Of a DNA stretch of 36,245 nucleotides, positions 35,906-36,245 are shown piece after piece; the first letter of the stretch is position 1; the number at the start of each line of letters is the position of its first letter. Position numbers and translations under genes: made by a program. The notes below the pieces were generated by a model that was given only the letters and a program-made list of their open reading frames with translations, did no database searches and had not been told where the DNA came from. Source of the DNA: a virus (lineage: Duplodnaviria; Caudoviricetes); IMG/VR virus record IMGVR_UViG_3300022890_000451, positions 1 to 36,245 of that record; one strand, given 5' to 3'.

Positions 35906-36245
35906 ATGAGTGATAATGATATCTTAAAGAAAGACTTAATAGAAATATTACTCCGAGAACAGGCCGAAGATATAATTGATATGATTAAGACAAGGATGCA
36001 GAATAGACCAATTAGAAATATATGTGATAAAGAGTGGCAAGGGATAATGATGGCAAGGGATAATGAAGCAATACTTATAATACGAGCAATCAAAGATAGT
36101 AGTGGCGTGCACGAGTCGGATGGCGTGAACTGGTCGTATGGCGTGCACGAGTCGTATGGCGTGAACTGGTCGCATGGCGTGAACTTGTCGGATGGCGTAA
36201 ACCAGTCGTATGGCGTGAACTGGTCGCATGGCGTGAACGAGTCGT
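35906..36245 (+). CDS. Hexapeptide-repeat protein, truncated at window edge
   Basis: Not in the ORF track. AAGGAG-ATG at 35906, open to the end; ...SSGVHESDGVNWSYGVHESYGVNWSHGVNLSDGVNQSYGVNWSHGVNES. Confidence 0.75.
   Translation, partial: MSDNDILKKDLIEILLREQAEDIIDMIKTRMQNRPIRNICDKEWQGIMMARDNEAILIIRAIKDSSGVHESDGVNWSYGVHESYGVNWSHGVNLSDGVNQSYGVNWSHGVNES
36035..36066 (+). repeat. Perfect 16-bp tandem duplication
   Basis: TGGCAAGGGATAATGA x2. Confidence 0.9.
36104..36245 (+). repeat. 18-bp GC-rich tandem repeat, ~8 units
   Basis: GGC GTG MAC NNG TCG NAT. Confidence 0.95.

Noticed and set aside
23732-36229. Minus-strand ORFs in the right arm (23732, 24913, 25654, 29528, 35851, 35948 etc.)
   Set aside because: Antisense to motif-bearing genes; the MRPVHAIR repeat ORF is the reverse read of the plus-strand repeat gene
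36104-36245. CRISPR array
   Set aside because: Contiguous 18-bp units without spacers, in frame within a CDS, no cas genes
1-36245. Stop-codon reassignment
   Set aside because: Core genes are full length in code 11, and TAA, TAG and TGA all end genes followed by RBS-led starts
1-36245. tRNA, integrase/att sites, IS elements
   Set aside because: No cloverleaf, recombinase or transposase motifs recognised by eye; tRNAscan not run

Overview
AT-rich (roughly 35% GC by eye) segment of a tailed phage genome with podovirus-like organisation. The host is probably Gram-negative, given a lipoprotein and an Rz/Rz1-like gene pair. Minus strand 1-18947 is the morphogenesis operon: terS, terL split into two ORFs, portal, scaffold, N4-gp56-type major capsid, fibre-like proteins, adaptor, tail nozzle, GNAT and ejection proteins. 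It also carries an intact rhomboid protease and an apparently split virion gene. 18983-19750 is a structured non-coding gap. 19751-23087 is a minus-strand array of small genes joined by recurring spacer/RBS motifs, with a minimal sigma-70 factor near its end. Plus strand 23498-36245 holds replication, recombination and nucleotide genes: an exonuclease-SSB fusion, phosphoesterase, NDT-like protein, DUF5664, PolA, RecA, spanin-like pair, RuvC and RNA ligase. The window ends in a GC-rich 18-bp coding tandem repeat. The most notable signals are at least 33 copies of CCGNAGG built from rare synonymous codons, the rhomboid, the split and fused genes, a dispersed ~50-bp intergenic motif, and the terminal repeat whose units vary mostly at non-synonymous positions. 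No integrase, tRNA, CRISPR, endolysin or primase/helicase was recognised. All family calls come from motif recognition by eye, not from database searches.
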